Source of the DNA: a virus
Length of the DNA stretch: 64,000 bases
Virus record (IMG/VR): IMGVR_UViG_3300035698_010610
Coordinates: 1 to 64,000 of that record
Reading direction: 5' to 3' (one strand)
Shown here: positions 1 to 11,000 of the stretch, piece by piece
Position numbering within the stretch: the first letter of the stretch is position 1
Layout of the letters: each line of letters starts with the position of its first letter
Notes under the pieces: model-generated
What the model was told of the DNA's origin: nothing
What the model saw: the letters and a program-made list of their open reading frames with translations, nothing else
The model's database searches: none
Translations under genes and position numbers: made by a program

Positions 1-328
1 CGTCAAGTGTGTATTTCCAATCGCCGTGCAGCAGGAGTGCTTTTGCGTTCTCTGCCCGCATGCAGTCGGGGTTGTCCGCGTCAACAATTGCACCGACCCC
101 AATCGTGCCCGGCCGCTTCATGGCCTCCGTGAGTTCAAATAAGCCGAATTTCCAAGTCGACGCCGCACGAATGACCGTGCCTGCCGGGTCGCGGCGAATC
201 GTGATACCGTTTTCGCCCCGCATGTTTCGGAGCGATTCAACCTCGCGGGCGACGACATTCCAGTCGTTCTCCGCGTACAGCGGCATCCCAACGGCTTTGT
301 GCTTGTCGAGTTTTCGGCCTTCGGCCAT
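1..328 (-). CDS. tail-region hypothetical protein, truncated at window edge
   Basis: ATG at 326-328 overlaps the upstream stop (TAATG); open to position 1 (MAEGRKLDKHKAVGMPLY...); not in the ORF track because there is no stop in the window. Confidence 0.7.
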   Translation of the reverse strand, partial: MAEGRKLDKHKAVGMPLYAENDWNVVAREVESLRNMRGENGITIRRDPAGTVIRAASTWKFGLFELTEAMKRPGTIGVGAIVDADNPDCMRAENAKALLLHGDWKYTLD

Positions 329-1143
329 TACGCCATCCTAAACAGTGCTTGCAGGTCAGCGGTCTCGTACATGTAGTTTCCGGACGTTTTATTCTTCGGC
401 TTGTCCCACTCGGTGGCCGATCCGGCGCGGTAGGTATGCAGCCAGCCGTACGTTACGCCGTCAATATCAACGGACCGTTTGAGGAAAGTCATCGTCAACG
501 TGTAGAGCGACGCCCCTTCATCGGTGAACTTGCGCTGAACCTGGGCACCGGTGAACAGCATCGTTTCGGCCTTGTGCCCTGCCCACACCCCCGCGTTGAT
601 CTTCCCCCGCATTTCTTCTATGTCCGTCCACGGCGGGTCGGTTACGTTCGTCCATGTCATCCGGTAGGTGGAGGTGTGAATCAGCTTGCCAGCATCGACG
701 CCGTCGAGCGGCTTGCCGTCGCTGTCCCATTCAAGCGCGTGGTCGGGCAGCGTCAGCATTTCAACGCCCATATCGACGTCAATCGAAAGCTCCGTCCCCT
801 CGGGAGTTTCCGGCTTTTCCTCGCTGCTGTCATCGGCGTTTATCAGTTCGCCCTCGTAGGAAATGACAGCCTTCGCGCCGTTCTCGTAATTGCTCCCTGT
901 CCCGTGCGGCGGATCGTCAATGAACGGCTCGAAATCAACCCCGGTGACAACGCACCACGTCCACACCGGATGGCGGACCTTCCAGTTGACCGTATAGCCG
1001 ACGCCAGCGGTGAACGCCGAGCCCATCAACTCCGTGATAAACGCCTGGATGTCCCCCCATCCCAGCTTGACCTCACGGGTCGCGGTCGCGCTGTCTTCGC
1101 CGACATGCAACTTGTCGGAAAGGATGTCGCCAGAAACAGCCAT
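328..1143 (-). CDS. putative distal tail/tail protein
   Basis: 271 aa directly downstream of the tape measure gene; function from position only. Confidence 0.55.
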   Translation of the reverse strand: MAVSGDILSDKLHVGEDSATATREVKLGWGDIQAFITELMGSAFTAGVGYTVNWKVRHPVWTWCVVTGVDFEPFIDDPPHGTGSNYENGAKAVISYEGELINADDSSEEKPETPEGTELSIDVDMGVEMLTLPDHALEWDSDGKPLDGVDAGKLIHTSTYRMTWTNVTDPPWTDIEEMRGKINAGVWAGHKAETMLFTGAQVQRKFTDEGASLYTLTMTFLKRSVDIDGVTYGWLHTYRAGSATEWDKPKNKTSGNYMYETADLQALFRMA

Positions 1144-1155
1144 AATCGCTCCCGA

Positions 1156-3447
1156 TTATTGCAACAGGCCGCCCGCAGAACGGGCCAGCCCTTTTAGTGT
1201 GGTCACGGTGGCCTTGACGCCCGCGTTGATGTCAATCAACTGCTTGTTGCGTTCCTTGTCCATCGGATTCTTCGGTTTCAACGAGGTCTGAATATGCTTG
1301 GCGAAGTCGGCCGCTGCCATGATCTGCGATTGTCGCATCGGCTCCGGCGGGGCGAGTGCTTTCTTCGCCGCTGCCCTGGTCATGCCGCCACCAGCTTGCG
1401 CAGCAGAAACACCAATGCCCGTCAATGTAGTCCCAAGGCCAGACATGAGCGAATTGCCAAGGGCGTTGACTATAGGGCTGCTTTTGTCGCTCATCCGCAG
1501 CTTGATCGTGTCGATCATCTTCTGCCCGGCGTTCATGTACGGGCTGGCGATATTGCTTGCGGATTGCATCGCCGCGTCCATGCCCGTTTTCTGCTTTGGG
1601 ATGAGCGATGTCCACCCGCCCTTGGACAGGTCCTTGAATGTCCTCTGCTGCTGTGCCGCAATCGCTTGCGCCAGATATTCCTTCGCGTTCCTGACGCCCC
1701 GCACCGACGTGCTCATATCTGCTCTCGCGCCCTTCGCCGCCGTGGCGATTGTCGCGTCGTCTGTAAACAGGCCGCCCATGCCTTCCCGTTGGCGAATAGC
1801 CGCCCGCCGCTTGGCGTCTTTCTGGCTCCAGCCGCCCTGGGTGATTGTTCCTTGCTGCCGCCGCGCCTGCCACCAATTGAGGTCGCTAACACGCCTTTCG
1901 TTTTGGTCCGCGAGCGACTCATTCATCTTCACCGATCTCTTCGCCGCATCGACGTGGGCCGGCGATCCCACCACGGTAGGGTCGTTTGCCATGTCCCGCT
2001 CCGAGGCCGACTCCTTTTTGACTTTGTCGAACCTGTTTTGCGAGTCCATGACCTCGTCAATTGCGTTCCGGTATCCTCCCAGCAATTTGATCTGTGCGTT
2101 AAGCGCGTCGCCAAATGACTCCCCCTTCGCCTTCGCCCGCATCCACGCCGTGGCGAGAACGCCCACTGCCGTAGCAAGCGCCATAATCCCCATCGTCACC
2201 GGTCCACCCGCTGCTGCCCCGACGGCGGTTAGGGCCGAGACCATAGACAACAGCTTGGCTCCAATTACAACTGCCGCCAAGGCCGACCCGAGCCGCACAA
2301 GCACTTCAACGAATTTCGCTATCCCGTCATTGCTCTCGGTCATCGCGCTGGCCAGTGACGTAATCCTCTCCGCCAGCTTTGTGAAAAACGGAAGCGTTTT
2401 TTCGCCAACGGCAATCAGCAGCCCCTCGAATGCTGACTTGAGTTTCGTTATCTGGCCGGACAGCCCTCGCATCTGAACATCGGCGATCCGCTTGGCGGTG
2501 CCGCCCGCGTCCTCAAGAGCGCGTTGATAATCGCGGACCGCGTCCCCTCCTTGGCTGAGTAATTCAAGCAGGGCAGGCCCGGCCCGTTGGCCGAACGCCT
2601 TCATCATCAGCATCATCTTGTCGCCTTCGCCTTTACCCGCCATCGCGGCATTAAGATCGTCGAAAATGTCGGCCAGCGGACGCAGCTCACCGAAAGCGGT
2701 CTTGGTTTCCACGCCAAGCGATTTGAAGACCTTAGTTGTTTCAGGCGTTGCCCCGGATAGCTTCGACATGATTCCACGCAACGCGGTCCCGGCCATCCCG
2801 CCTTGCATTCCCGCATTGCTCAAAACCTGAATTGCTGCGGCAGTTTCCTCCAGGCTATATCCGGCAGTCTTGGCAACCGGGCCGACGTATTTCATCGCTT
2901 CGCCAAGCTGCACGAGGTCTGTATTCGATGTGGTAAATGCTTTTGCCAAAACATCGACAGCGTGCCCGAGTTCGTCCGCCTCCATTCCCATTCCGGCCAT
3001 AATCTTCGCGGCGATGTCGGACGCGGTTGCAACGTCGAGTTGGCCAGCGGCGGCAAGGTCCAACGTCGCAGGCATGGCCCCGATAATCTTTTTCGCGTCA
3101 AACCCCGCCAGCGCGAAGTTGCCCATCGCGTCGGCTGACTGCCGGGCGGAAAACATAGTCGTGGCCCCGAGCTTTTTCGCCTGGGCAGACAGCGCTGCGA
3201 AGTCAGACTCCCCGGCACTGGTCAAAGCCAGCACACGATTCATCCCCTGCTCGAATGACGCGGCGGCATGAGTCGCAACCCCGAACGCACCAGCGCCGAG
3301 GAGTAGCCCGAGTTTCGCCTTCGCGGCGACCTTCTCCATCGACATCACGGCACCCTGGAACTGCTTGCGCGAACGCGACAGCCCCTTGGCGAATGCCTTG
3401 TGGTCGATGCCGATATACGCGAAGTATTCACCGATCTTGCTGGGCAT
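1156..3447 (-). CDS. tail tape measure protein (TP901 family)
   Basis: FEQGMNRVLALT...AKKLGATTMFSARQSADAM, LGEAMKYVGPVA, GMAGTALRG; Ala-rich helical; follows the chaperone genes. Confidence 0.92.
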   Translation of the reverse strand: MPSKIGEYFAYIGIDHKAFAKGLSRSRKQFQGAVMSMEKVAAKAKLGLLLGAGAFGVATHAAASFEQGMNRVLALTSAGESDFAALSAQAKKLGATTMFSARQSADAMGNFALAGFDAKKIIGAMPATLDLAAAGQLDVATASDIAAKIMAGMGMEADELGHAVDVLAKAFTTSNTDLVQLGEAMKYVGPVAKTAGYSLEETAAAIQVLSNAGMQGGMAGTALRGIMSKLSGATPETTKVFKSLGVETKTAFGELRPLADIFDDLNAAMAGKGEGDKMMLMMKAFGQRAGPALLELLSQGGDAVRDYQRALEDAGGTAKRIADVQMRGLSGQITKLKSAFEGLLIAVGEKTLPFFTKLAERITSLASAMTESNDGIAKFVEVLVRLGSALAAVVIGAKLLSMVSALTAVGAAAGGPVTMGIMALATAVGVLATAWMRAKAKGESFGDALNAQIKLLGGYRNAIDEVMDSQNRFDKVKKESASERDMANDPTVVGSPAHVDAAKRSVKMNESLADQNERRVSDLNWWQARRQQGTITQGGWSQKDAKRRAAIRQREGMGGLFTDDATIATAAKGARADMSTSVRGVRNAKEYLAQAIAAQQQRTFKDLSKGGWTSLIPKQKTGMDAAMQSASNIASPYMNAGQKMIDTIKLRMSDKSSPIVNALGNSLMSGLGTTLTGIGVSAAQAGGGMTRAAAKKALAPPEPMRQSQIMAAADFAKHIQTSLKPKNPMDKERNKQLIDINAGVKATVTTLKGLARSAGGLLQ

Positions 3448-3808
3448 CTTCCGCCCTCCGCCTAGCGGCCAATTGTTGCTCTTTTTGCATTTTCCTGATT
3501 CGCCCCTTCAGCCGCTCCTGGTATCGCTGCCGTTTGGCTTTGTTCCACTCGGTATCCCTCGCGGCTTGACTACGGCCGACCTTCCGGACGCGGGCGTCTG
3601 ACGCCGTCATCGGATTGACCTTGTATCGGCCGCTCCCCAGTCTGTCGCGGCTCGACATCAAAACGCGAATCTGGTACATGGTCATCTGGCCGACCTGCTG
3701 TGGTGTAAATCGGTATTCGTCGGCCATGTAGCGGATGATGCGACGCCACGGAACTGCCGTATACGTCCGATCTGATTGCCCGTCCTCCACGGGCCAGTCT
3801 AGTTTCCC
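3428..3808 (-). CDS. tail assembly chaperone, frameshifted (gpGT-like) extension
   Basis: -1 frame after the slippery site reads KLDWPVEDGQSDRTY...FTPQQVGQMTMYQI, continuous with ORF 3428..3790. Confidence 0.75.
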   Translation of the reverse strand, partial: GKLDWPVEDGQSDRTYTAVPWRRIIRYMADEYRFTPQQVGQMTMYQIRVLMSSRDRLGSGRYKVNPMTASDARVRKVGRSQAARDTEWNKAKRQRYQERLKGRIRKMQKEQQLAARRRAEDAQQDR

Positions 3809-4308
3809 GCCAAGTCCTCACCGCTGGCCTTGTTCATCACCTCCGTGACTTTGTCGAGAACGTCGGCTTGCGCTTTCTGCCTGGCTTCTATCGGGCTGTC
3901 GGGGTTCTCGGCATTTTGTAGCTCGTCAACCAGCTTGTCGACCAGCGACAACAACCAGGACTTGACCTCCGACTCCGCGGGCGGGTCGGGGTTGTGCTTG
4001 ACTGAAAGCCAGAATGTAAACGTCACGCCGTCGAGACTATTGCACCAGTCCCTCGCTTCGTCGCCTCCGACGCTCCGGTGTTCCTTGACCTCGTTAAAGG
4101 CCATCTGCAATAGCTGCTTTTGGGCTGCGGGCTGTCCATCGAACAATTCCATCTTCTCGCGAGCCAGGACGAACGGGTCCGGACGTAGCGATAGGATTCT
4201 CTGCTCAATTGCCGCCCACATGTCGACAACGCGGGGCCGCACCTCAAGCGTGCGGCCCCGGAAGTCGATTTCAGTCGCCGCACCAAAGGCGCGTGCTGCA
4301 CCGTCCAT
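3799..4308 (-). CDS. tail assembly chaperone (gpG-like)
   Basis: 169 aa between tail tube and tape measure; ends in the slippery site. Confidence 0.75.
   Translation of the reverse strand: MDGAARAFGAATEIDFRGRTLEVRPRVVDMWAAIEQRILSLRPDPFVLAREKMELFDGQPAAQKQLLQMAFNEVKEHRSVGGDEARDWCNSLDGVTFTFWLSVKHNPDPPAESEVKSWLLSLVDKLVDELQNAENPDSPIEARQKAQADVLDKVTEVMNKASGEDLAGN
3802..3808 (-). other. programmed -1 frameshift slippery heptamer G GGA AAC
   Basis: ...GCG GGA AAC TAG at the end of the chaperone ORF; X XXY YYZ pattern, like lambda G/T GGGAAAG. Confidence 0.8.
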
Positions 4309-4355
4309 CTTTCATCCCTCCAAAACGTGGTTGCCAGAACGATCAGGAAGGGCGA

Positions 4356-4757
4356 TCAGGGCTCGCTCCAAGTGCCGTGGGAAGCCCACGACAGGGAGAA
4401 GCTGACCGGGTCGCCAGCGTCGCCCTCGGCGTCGAAAGACACGTCGGTGATGACCGCCGTGACTTCCCAGTATTTGTCGGCGGCCGCGCCGCTCGCGGTC
4501 TGGGTCATGTAGAGCTTCAGGACAACGGTGTCGCCCACCTTGATGAGGTCTTCCAGCGGGACGGCGAAGTCGTACATGCCTTCGACCGTACCGCTTGCCG
4601 ACTTCTGCCCAGCGACGGAGTTCTTATACCCTCCGCCGCCAAACAGCCCATACTGGGTGTTATCGGCCCGTTGCTCCATCGTCCAGTGGTTGGCCTCCGC
4701 ATACGCAGACGACCCGAAGTCGACGCGGGCGTATTTGCCGGAATAGGGTGTCCCCAT
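4356..4757 (-). CDS. major tail (tube) protein
   Basis: 133 aa beta-rich, GYKNSVAGQKSASGTVEG...VSFSLSWASHG; tail-tube-like pattern and position. Confidence 0.75.
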   Translation of the reverse strand: MGTPYSGKYARVDFGSSAYAEANHWTMEQRADNTQYGLFGGGGYKNSVAGQKSASGTVEGMYDFAVPLEDLIKVGDTVVLKLYMTQTASGAAADKYWEVTAVITDVSFDAEGDAGDPVSFSLSWASHGTWSEP

Positions 4758-4789
4758 TTCAAACGCTCCTTACGAAAATAGTTGAGGCG

Positions 4790-5344
4790 TCACTCCACGC
4801 CCAAGATCACAATGTCGTACTCAACATCCGAACCGCTCGCGAGGTTGCCGTCCCACGCAACACGCAAAATATCCTTGACGCCCGGCTCGACGCTATATCC
4901 GTCGAGCGGTGAATAGGCGAGTACGAACCCGCCAGAGCGCACGCGGACCTTGGCGTCCTGGTTGCCGTCGAACAGGGATGCGAACGCAAGCCCGGCCGCG
5001 CCCGCACCGCCGAGCAATAGGTCTTGGCCCGCTGCCTCCACCCACGTCGCTCCGCTCGGCAGGCCACGGTTGCGGACAAGGATGGCCTTGATAATGGCGA
5101 ACATGACTGTGTTGCCGAACTGATTCAGCAACGTCCCGGACAGGTCAAGGTCGTCGGTCCCCGTTGCCGCTGTCAGCGTGCGGCGGTCCCGCCACATCTG
5201 GTTCATCTGGTCGTCACCGGTGCCGGTTGCGATGCTTTCCGCGAACCGGTTCGACGTTGACTCTTTCGTGATGGCGAGGTCGTCGTCGTTTTGGAAATCC
5301 CACGCCAACTCCATCAGCATCCGGCCTGTAAGAACTTCGGCCAT
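4790..5344 (-). CDS. virion structural/hypothetical protein
   Basis: 184 aa beta-rich ORF translationally coupled within the neck/tail operon. Confidence 0.6.
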   Translation of the reverse strand: MAEVLTGRMLMELAWDFQNDDDLAITKESTSNRFAESIATGTGDDQMNQMWRDRRTLTAATGTDDLDLSGTLLNQFGNTVMFAIIKAILVRNRGLPSGATWVEAAGQDLLLGGAGAAGLAFASLFDGNQDAKVRVRSGGFVLAYSPLDGYSVEPGVKDILRVAWDGNLASGSDVEYDIVILGVE

Positions 5345-5757
5345 TATCTTGCCTCCCGTGTCTTCACTGAATATTCAAGGACGCATTCCCACAGGTCTGC
5401 ATCTATCTGGATGAACCGCCCGCCGGTTTTCTCCAGCAGGAGCACCTGCATTCCGCTTGCCGTGATCTGTGCCGCCGGTTCGTCAAATACCGCATTGACG
5501 AGCAAGGCGTGAGCCCCGACCAGTTCGAGAGTCTTGTCTACGATCTGGAACGCGAACGCCGTGGTCCGATAGATGCTTCCCCATGTTTTGATCGTGCGGG
5601 AGTCATCGCTCGGAATCATCACGCAGAACGGTCGGGCAATTGCAGCCGGGTCGTCGATCTGATCGGCGGCATACAGCGCCGTAAACACACCGCTCGGAGC
5701 GGCGAGCGTGGCGTCGGCGTCGAACCGCGTTTTGATCGCTTCGTACAGCTTTTCCAT
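5344..5757 (-). CDS. putative tail terminator (DUF3168-like)
   Basis: LYEAIKTRFDADATL, ARPFCV; position after the gp10-like gene. Confidence 0.65.
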   Translation of the reverse strand: MEKLYEAIKTRFDADATLAAPSGVFTALYAADQIDDPAAIARPFCVMIPSDDSRTIKTWGSIYRTTAFAFQIVDKTLELVGAHALLVNAVFDEPAAQITASGMQVLLLEKTGGRFIQIDADLWECVLEYSVKTREAR

Positions 5758-5758
5758 G

Positions 5759-6316
5759 TCAGCCCAGCCTGAGTTTTCCGGCCTTCAATTTCGTTGCCAG
5801 GATGCTGTGTATTTGAGGCCGCATCATCTTGATCGTCGAGTGAATGAACGGACGCGGCGCGATCGGCCCCGGATGCGAGACTTTCGGGAACACCCACGTC
5901 CCGTTGTATCCGAAGGCGAGGGTCTTCTTACGCTTCGCCGTAACCGTGCGTGACTTCTTGACTCCCAGTTCCAAATAAGCCCCATACTTCACAGTCGTTC
6001 CGACGCGGCCGACGATCACACCGCCATGCCACCCGACCGGATCGACCTGCCCGAAGATCGAGCGGGCCAGCGTGCCGGTGTCCTTGTGCGGCGGCTGCCC
6101 CGGCTTGGAGTGGTTGAACCGCATCGCCTTCGTGTTTCGCTTCGGACTCCTTCTGCCCTTCGGGCCACCCATCCCACCGGCCCTCGCCGACGTGCTGATC
6201 CTTCGCACGATACCGCTTCGCACCACCTGCACGACGATCCGCATGGCGGCCTTCGCCTTCGCGTTGAACTCGGCGTTGACAGCATCGCCGTACCACTTGA
6301 TGCGATTCTTCGCCAT
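5759..6316 (-). CDS. HK97 gp10-like tail completion/neck protein
   Basis: SKPGQPPHKDTGTLARSI, VGTTVKYGAYLELG, PRPFI; start MAKNR at a TAATG overlap. Confidence 0.8.
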   Translation of the reverse strand: MAKNRIKWYGDAVNAEFNAKAKAAMRIVVQVVRSGIVRRISTSARAGGMGGPKGRRSPKRNTKAMRFNHSKPGQPPHKDTGTLARSIFGQVDPVGWHGGVIVGRVGTTVKYGAYLELGVKKSRTVTAKRKKTLAFGYNGTWVFPKVSHPGPIAPRPFIHSTIKMMRPQIHSILATKLKAGKLRLG

Positions 6317-6657
6317 TATTGGTTGTGCTCCAACTCGGTGCAGTCCACCCGCCACAACCGCCCCGCCTCGTCCGTGTTCGTTGCCTTGCCGTTGACCATG
6401 AACGTGCGGGTGCCGTAAAGCAATTTATCCTGGTTCGTCACGCCCGGGTCCGATGCGAAGTAGACGACGTGGGTGATTTCGTAGCCCGCCTGCATCGCTT
6501 GCAAACTCTCGCCTGCCCCGAGTGGTTGAACGAAGCCCGTCAGGCTCGCGGTCAACGTCGGCCATGTGTACGTTGCCGAACCGGCCGCCCCTATCGATGC
6601 CTTGCTCCGGGCGTAGTGGCTGACGGCGTGGCGACTGCACAGCCCCTGAATGCTCAT
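6316..6657 (-). CDS. head-tail adaptor/head closure protein (SPP1 gp16-like)
   Basis: start MSIQG at a TGATG overlap; THVVYF...VTNQDKLLYGTRTFMV. Confidence 0.7.
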   Translation of the reverse strand: MSIQGLCSRHAVSHYARSKASIGAAGSATYTWPTLTASLTGFVQPLGAGESLQAMQAGYEITHVVYFASDPGVTNQDKLLYGTRTFMVNGKATNTDEAGRLWRVDCTELEHNQ

Positions 6658-7385
6658 CACATAAACCTTCCGTAACTCAGGAACGGTCGGAGCCGCTTGC
6701 GGGCCGCTCGTGGGATGCTCGACTCCTTGCCGTCCGCAGCGGCGTAGGTGACGGAATAGTCGCCCAGTTTTTCGCTCTTGACTGCCCCGGCCCCGGCCCC
6801 ACGATTCGCGAACTGAAAGCGAATGCTCTCCCACACAGCCATCTTGATCGGCGCGGCAATCCCCGTTGCAAGCTCCGCCTGCGTGTAGCCCGCGACGTAG
6901 ACGACTTTGACCGAGCGAGCCGACGAGGGCCACGCACCGCCGATCCGCCGCAGGATTGCCGACGTGGAGATGCCGTCTTCGGTTTGGTCGATCCAATAGT
7001 CCGAGCCCGCCGTCAAGAGCGAGGCGGCGGCGAAATCCCCGCTGCCTTGTCCGCCATAAGCACCCGTGTCCTCGTTGACTGATGTGACGCTCCGCACCGG
7101 CAATTCTGGGAGGAGCAATTGCGAGTCTTCACGCCCTCCAGCGGGCTGGTCAATAACAGCCTTGCCGCCGCGAACGTCGAAGCCCATCGCACCGACCGGC
7201 TGAACGCCACGGGATCGATGGGGCAGAAAGTGGGTATAGGTCGCCTGCACGACACTGTAGCCGAGGAGCCGCTGCACGTCCAACTCGACCATCGGTTGGA
7301 TCATGTTGAGGAAGCCGTCTTCGGCGTCCGTCAGCGACGAGCCCTTGCCGAGGAACGTCAACACCTCCGCGCGGTCAGCGATCAT
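6657..7385 (-). CDS. head-tail connector protein (gp6/gp15-like)
   Basis: VKVVYVAGY, PIKMAV, VKSEKLGDYSVTY motifs. Confidence 0.8.
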   Translation of the reverse strand: MIADRAEVLTFLGKGSSLTDAEDGFLNMIQPMVELDVQRLLGYSVVQATYTHFLPHRSRGVQPVGAMGFDVRGGKAVIDQPAGGREDSQLLLPELPVRSVTSVNEDTGAYGGQGSGDFAAASLLTAGSDYWIDQTEDGISTSAILRRIGGAWPSSARSVKVVYVAGYTQAELATGIAAPIKMAVWESIRFQFANRGAGAGAVKSEKLGDYSVTYAAADGKESSIPRAARKRLRPFLSYGRFM

Positions 7386-7777
7386 GTTAGCCCCACGTCG
7401 CCATCTTGAGTTGGGATAATGTGCAGCACCCCGATCTCAGCGGCCTTGACGGCGTCGGCCGGTGCGGTTTCGGAGTTGTCAACGACGAGAATTTCCATCG
7501 AATACGTGCCCCGCAATCCCGTCAAGTCGCCTTGCGCCAGACGGACGGTCACTGTGGCGTGCGTCGCCGATCCGTCGCCCACCTCATCGACGGTCACGAC
7601 TGAGCCGTTTGCGGTCGCGGCGACAGAGTCCAGATCGAGGGCTACCGCTCCGACCCGTCCGATCTTGACGCGGACCACGTCGTCGGCGGCCAATTGCAAA
7701 TAGCCGCCCGAGTCCGTCTTGATCGTGACGGTCAGGTCCAGTGTGCGACCGGCATAGGCTTTCGACTCGAAACTCAT
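7382..7777 (-). CDS. hypothetical virion protein (Ig/BppU-N-like)
   Basis: 131 aa beta-rich ORF in the structural operon. Confidence 0.5.
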   Translation of the reverse strand: MSFESKAYAGRTLDLTVTIKTDSGGYLQLAADDVVRVKIGRVGAVALDLDSVAATANGSVVTVDEVGDGSATHATVTVRLAQGDLTGLRGTYSMEILVVDNSETAPADAVKAAEIGVLHIIPTQDGDVGLT

Positions 7778-7853
7778 CGGGCAACCCTCGGCGGGGGAAT
7801 TTGTCGCGGGCAGCGTAGCACGAAGGAGGGTCGCGGCTCAAGACGAACTTGCG

Positions 7854-8069
7854 TCACGCTTCGCGGGGCGAAACTCCGACACCGCCAGGGCCGCCACTTG
7901 ATGCCGCGACGCAACCGGGACCGGCTGCCGCTACGGAGGTACAACCTACTCCCGCGTGAGATGTAGACGCCGCCCCTGGGAATTTCGGAGTGGATGCCGC
8001 CGCCGTCACCCCTTCACCGAACGGCGGCCAGAGGTTGACGATGGGCAGGATACTCAGACCGGTGCTCAC
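7854..8069 (-). CDS. small hypothetical protein
   Basis: GTGA overlap with the upstream gene; low complexity. Confidence 0.35.
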   Translation of the reverse strand: MSTGLSILPIVNLWPPFGEGVTAAASTPKFPGAASTSHAGVGCTSVAAAGPGCVAASSGGPGGVGVSPREA

Positions 8070-11000
8070 GATGGCGTCCCCAGTGTTTCGGTGCCCGCGC
8101 CGTCGTCCGTGATTGTCTGTTCGGTGACGGTTGCGTCGGCCTCGGTCTTAACGGTCACCTTGGTCGGAGTCTTATCGGCACGCCAGAACCGCTGAACCAG
8201 CCAGAGGACTTTGCCAGGGAACGTCGTCGGCTTCCCGCTCGGCTCGGTGGCGGCGACCGCGTCCAGCCCGGCAGCAGACAGGGCAACACCAGACGCCGCA
8301 GTGATGTTCGTCGGGGTAGCAAACCCGGTGGCCTTGCTGGCCGTGCGACTTGCGGAGTCAGTGGTAACGGCGGCGGTTACACTCCCCACAGCACCAGAAA
8401 CGCTTCCAACCGCACCCGTCACGCTCCCCACGGCCCCGGAGACACTCCCTACGGAGCCGGACAGATTCCCCGTAATGTCGCCGGTGATGTTCATCGTCTG
8501 GTTTGGCAGGTTGATATTCGTCAGCCCGTTACCTGCCGTGCCAATCTCTGCCGTATCGGTCTCAATGTCGGTCTGCTTGTTGCGGATGTGCTCCAGCGTG
8601 TCCGTCACGGATGACCACGTCCCACCCTTGATTTCCGTGAACGCATTCGTCATCTCGGTGGCGGTCGGTGGGTCATAGTCCGTTAGCGCCGTGTCCATCT
8701 GCGAATTGATCTGAGCAAGGTCGTACCGGTTCACTTCCGTCAACGTGCCCAGGAAACCGCCAGCCACATTGTCCGTCGTGTCGGCCCAGAATCCCCGCAG
8801 CGTGATGGTTGCCTGCGGCGTGCCGGAGCAGTTGGCATTGAGGACCAACCGGCCCGCGCCGTCGAGCGTGACGGTATTCGTGGAGGCAAGGCCCTTGAGT
8901 TCGATTCCACCGCTCCACTTCCGAACGCCAGCCACCACGTTCGCGGCAAAAATAAACGTCGGATTATCCGATGTGCTCGGCGTCACGTCCAGGCAATGAT
9001 CGAGGACGTAATCACCGCCCGACAGGAAGGTGGTCTCGCCGGAGAAGCCACACTGGGAGAAGTTGCATTCGCCGAAGGTCGTGCCGTCTCCGATTGTGCA
9101 GCCAAGTATGTTGTTGCCGGTGCCGGTGGAGACACCAGAAATAGTCGCGCCGGAAATATTGCACCCGCTGACAGCTTGCCCGCCAAGGGCGAGCGTCCAC
9201 AAATTGCCTTCCATCGTGCTGTTTGTGAGCCCGGCAGACAGCGTGACCGTCTCACCGTTGACGATATGGAATCGGGTCAGACCCAAGGCGGCAGCGATAA
9301 CAAGGGCGTCGGCCCACGGGCAGGGGTTGTCCGCCGTCCCGTTGACGTAGGAAGCTGTGCCAGACGTGCCGGTTGCTTTGACCCACACGGCCCCGTTGGC
9401 ATACCCAACGCTTTGCCCGGCAATCGCCGCTTCGACCAGCAGCGAGTCGACGTACAACGTCGGGTTGCTCTGGCCGGAGCAAACGAACCGCAAAAGCACC
9501 TTGCCGGCGTAGTCTCCGGTCCCGGTATGCTTCGATAGCAGGTTGATCGTGTACGTCTGCTTGGCGGAAGTCCCGCCGATCAGCAGTCGCGTCTCCCAGT
9601 CGCCGCCGATGTAGTCGTAAGCCTGAACCGTGACCGTGTCGTTCAACCCATCGACATAGCCTCGCATTATGGCCTGCACGGCCTTGTGAATCCCGCCCAC
9701 GTCGAACTGGTACACAATGTCGATCGCATCACTATCGTCGTCGATCTGGTGATACGTCCCGTCGTCGGCTTCCGTGCTGGCGTAGGTGCCACTTGTCTGA
9801 ACGCCCACGAACGGAACCAATGGGGAGAATACCGGGGCGGACGCGATCACGCCGTCCACGGTATCATCCTCGGCGGCGAAGTTCAGCCCGGTTCCACTGG
9901 CCACGCCGATGGCCCCAATGGCCGCATCGGTTGTGGCGTGCAGCGCCGCTGCCGTCCCCGCCACGTCCGGCACAACCGTGTTCGGTGCTGTACCGGCAAC
10001 CCCTGTCACGTCAGCATGGATCGCACGAATTACTTCGGCCAACGAAACCGCGTTACCGGGGGCGGCCTCGGGCGGGAATGTCGCCACGCCGTCCGTACCG
10101 ACCAGCACATTGATAAGCTGCTTGACGTACTGCATCAGCGTGTCTGCCGAGGTTGGATCGCCAGCCGCGGAAGCATCGGCCAAAGCACCAACGACAGACG
10201 CCAGCGCGGCATTCTCGGTTCCCCGCATGGGCGTGGTCGGAATCGCGTCGAGCAGTAAATCCAACCGCCCGCCGTCGATCCAGTCGTCGAGGGCTCCCAT
10301 TCTGGCGGCAGTCACCAGATCGGTGGCGGCCTTGATAAGCGCCAGGTGGCTTCCCGCCGCCTCGATGGCCGTCTTGATCCCGTCCGCCGTGGGAGCCGTT
10401 CCCGCCGAGTCGGGCACGGTCGTGTTGGCCCCGTCCGTGCCGACCATCGTCGAGCCGTGTGGGGCCACGTCGCGGATCGACTGGAGGCTGTCAGTCGTGT
10501 TGACATAGGTGCTCCAGTCAGCCGTCGCCCCACTCGCTGCCAGCTTCGCAATCACGCTGTTGTCGATCACGTCGTCGTCGTCGGCTATCTTGAGCAGGTG
10601 GTCGAGGTTCAGTTCGTCCAGCACCTTGCGTACCGCCAAAGCGATAATATTGTCTGCGTAGGCAGTCGAGCCCACGTCGTCGGCAAAGGTGGCGTTGTCG
10701 ATGGCCCCAGCGGCAATCGCAGTCGCGTCGATCGCGCCTGCCGCGAAGCTCCCATTGTCCAGTTGCCCAGTATCAGATTTCAGCGCCTCGACGAACAGCT
10801 CAAGGATGTCCGCTGCGGTAGCGTCGGCGGAGATCATCGTCACGTTGGCGTCCACCTCGCCGGTCGCCTGGATGTCCAGCGTCCGCCCCGGCGTCGTCGG
10901 TCGTAACGCCGCATACTCGCAGCGAACCATCGTCTGCGTCGGCACATGGAGGTCGCCCGATTCCTTCGCGTACTCGGTGTACTCCACACCGGAAGTCGGC

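Noticed and set aside
1232-2476. Overlapping ORFs within and opposite the tape measure gene
   Set aside because: Low-complexity shadow translations with no recognisable domain.
8370-8465. ~21-bp tandem repeats as a possible CRISPR or VNTR
   Set aside because: Degenerate at third codon positions and encode GAVGSV(S/T) protein repeats; no spacers and no cas genes.
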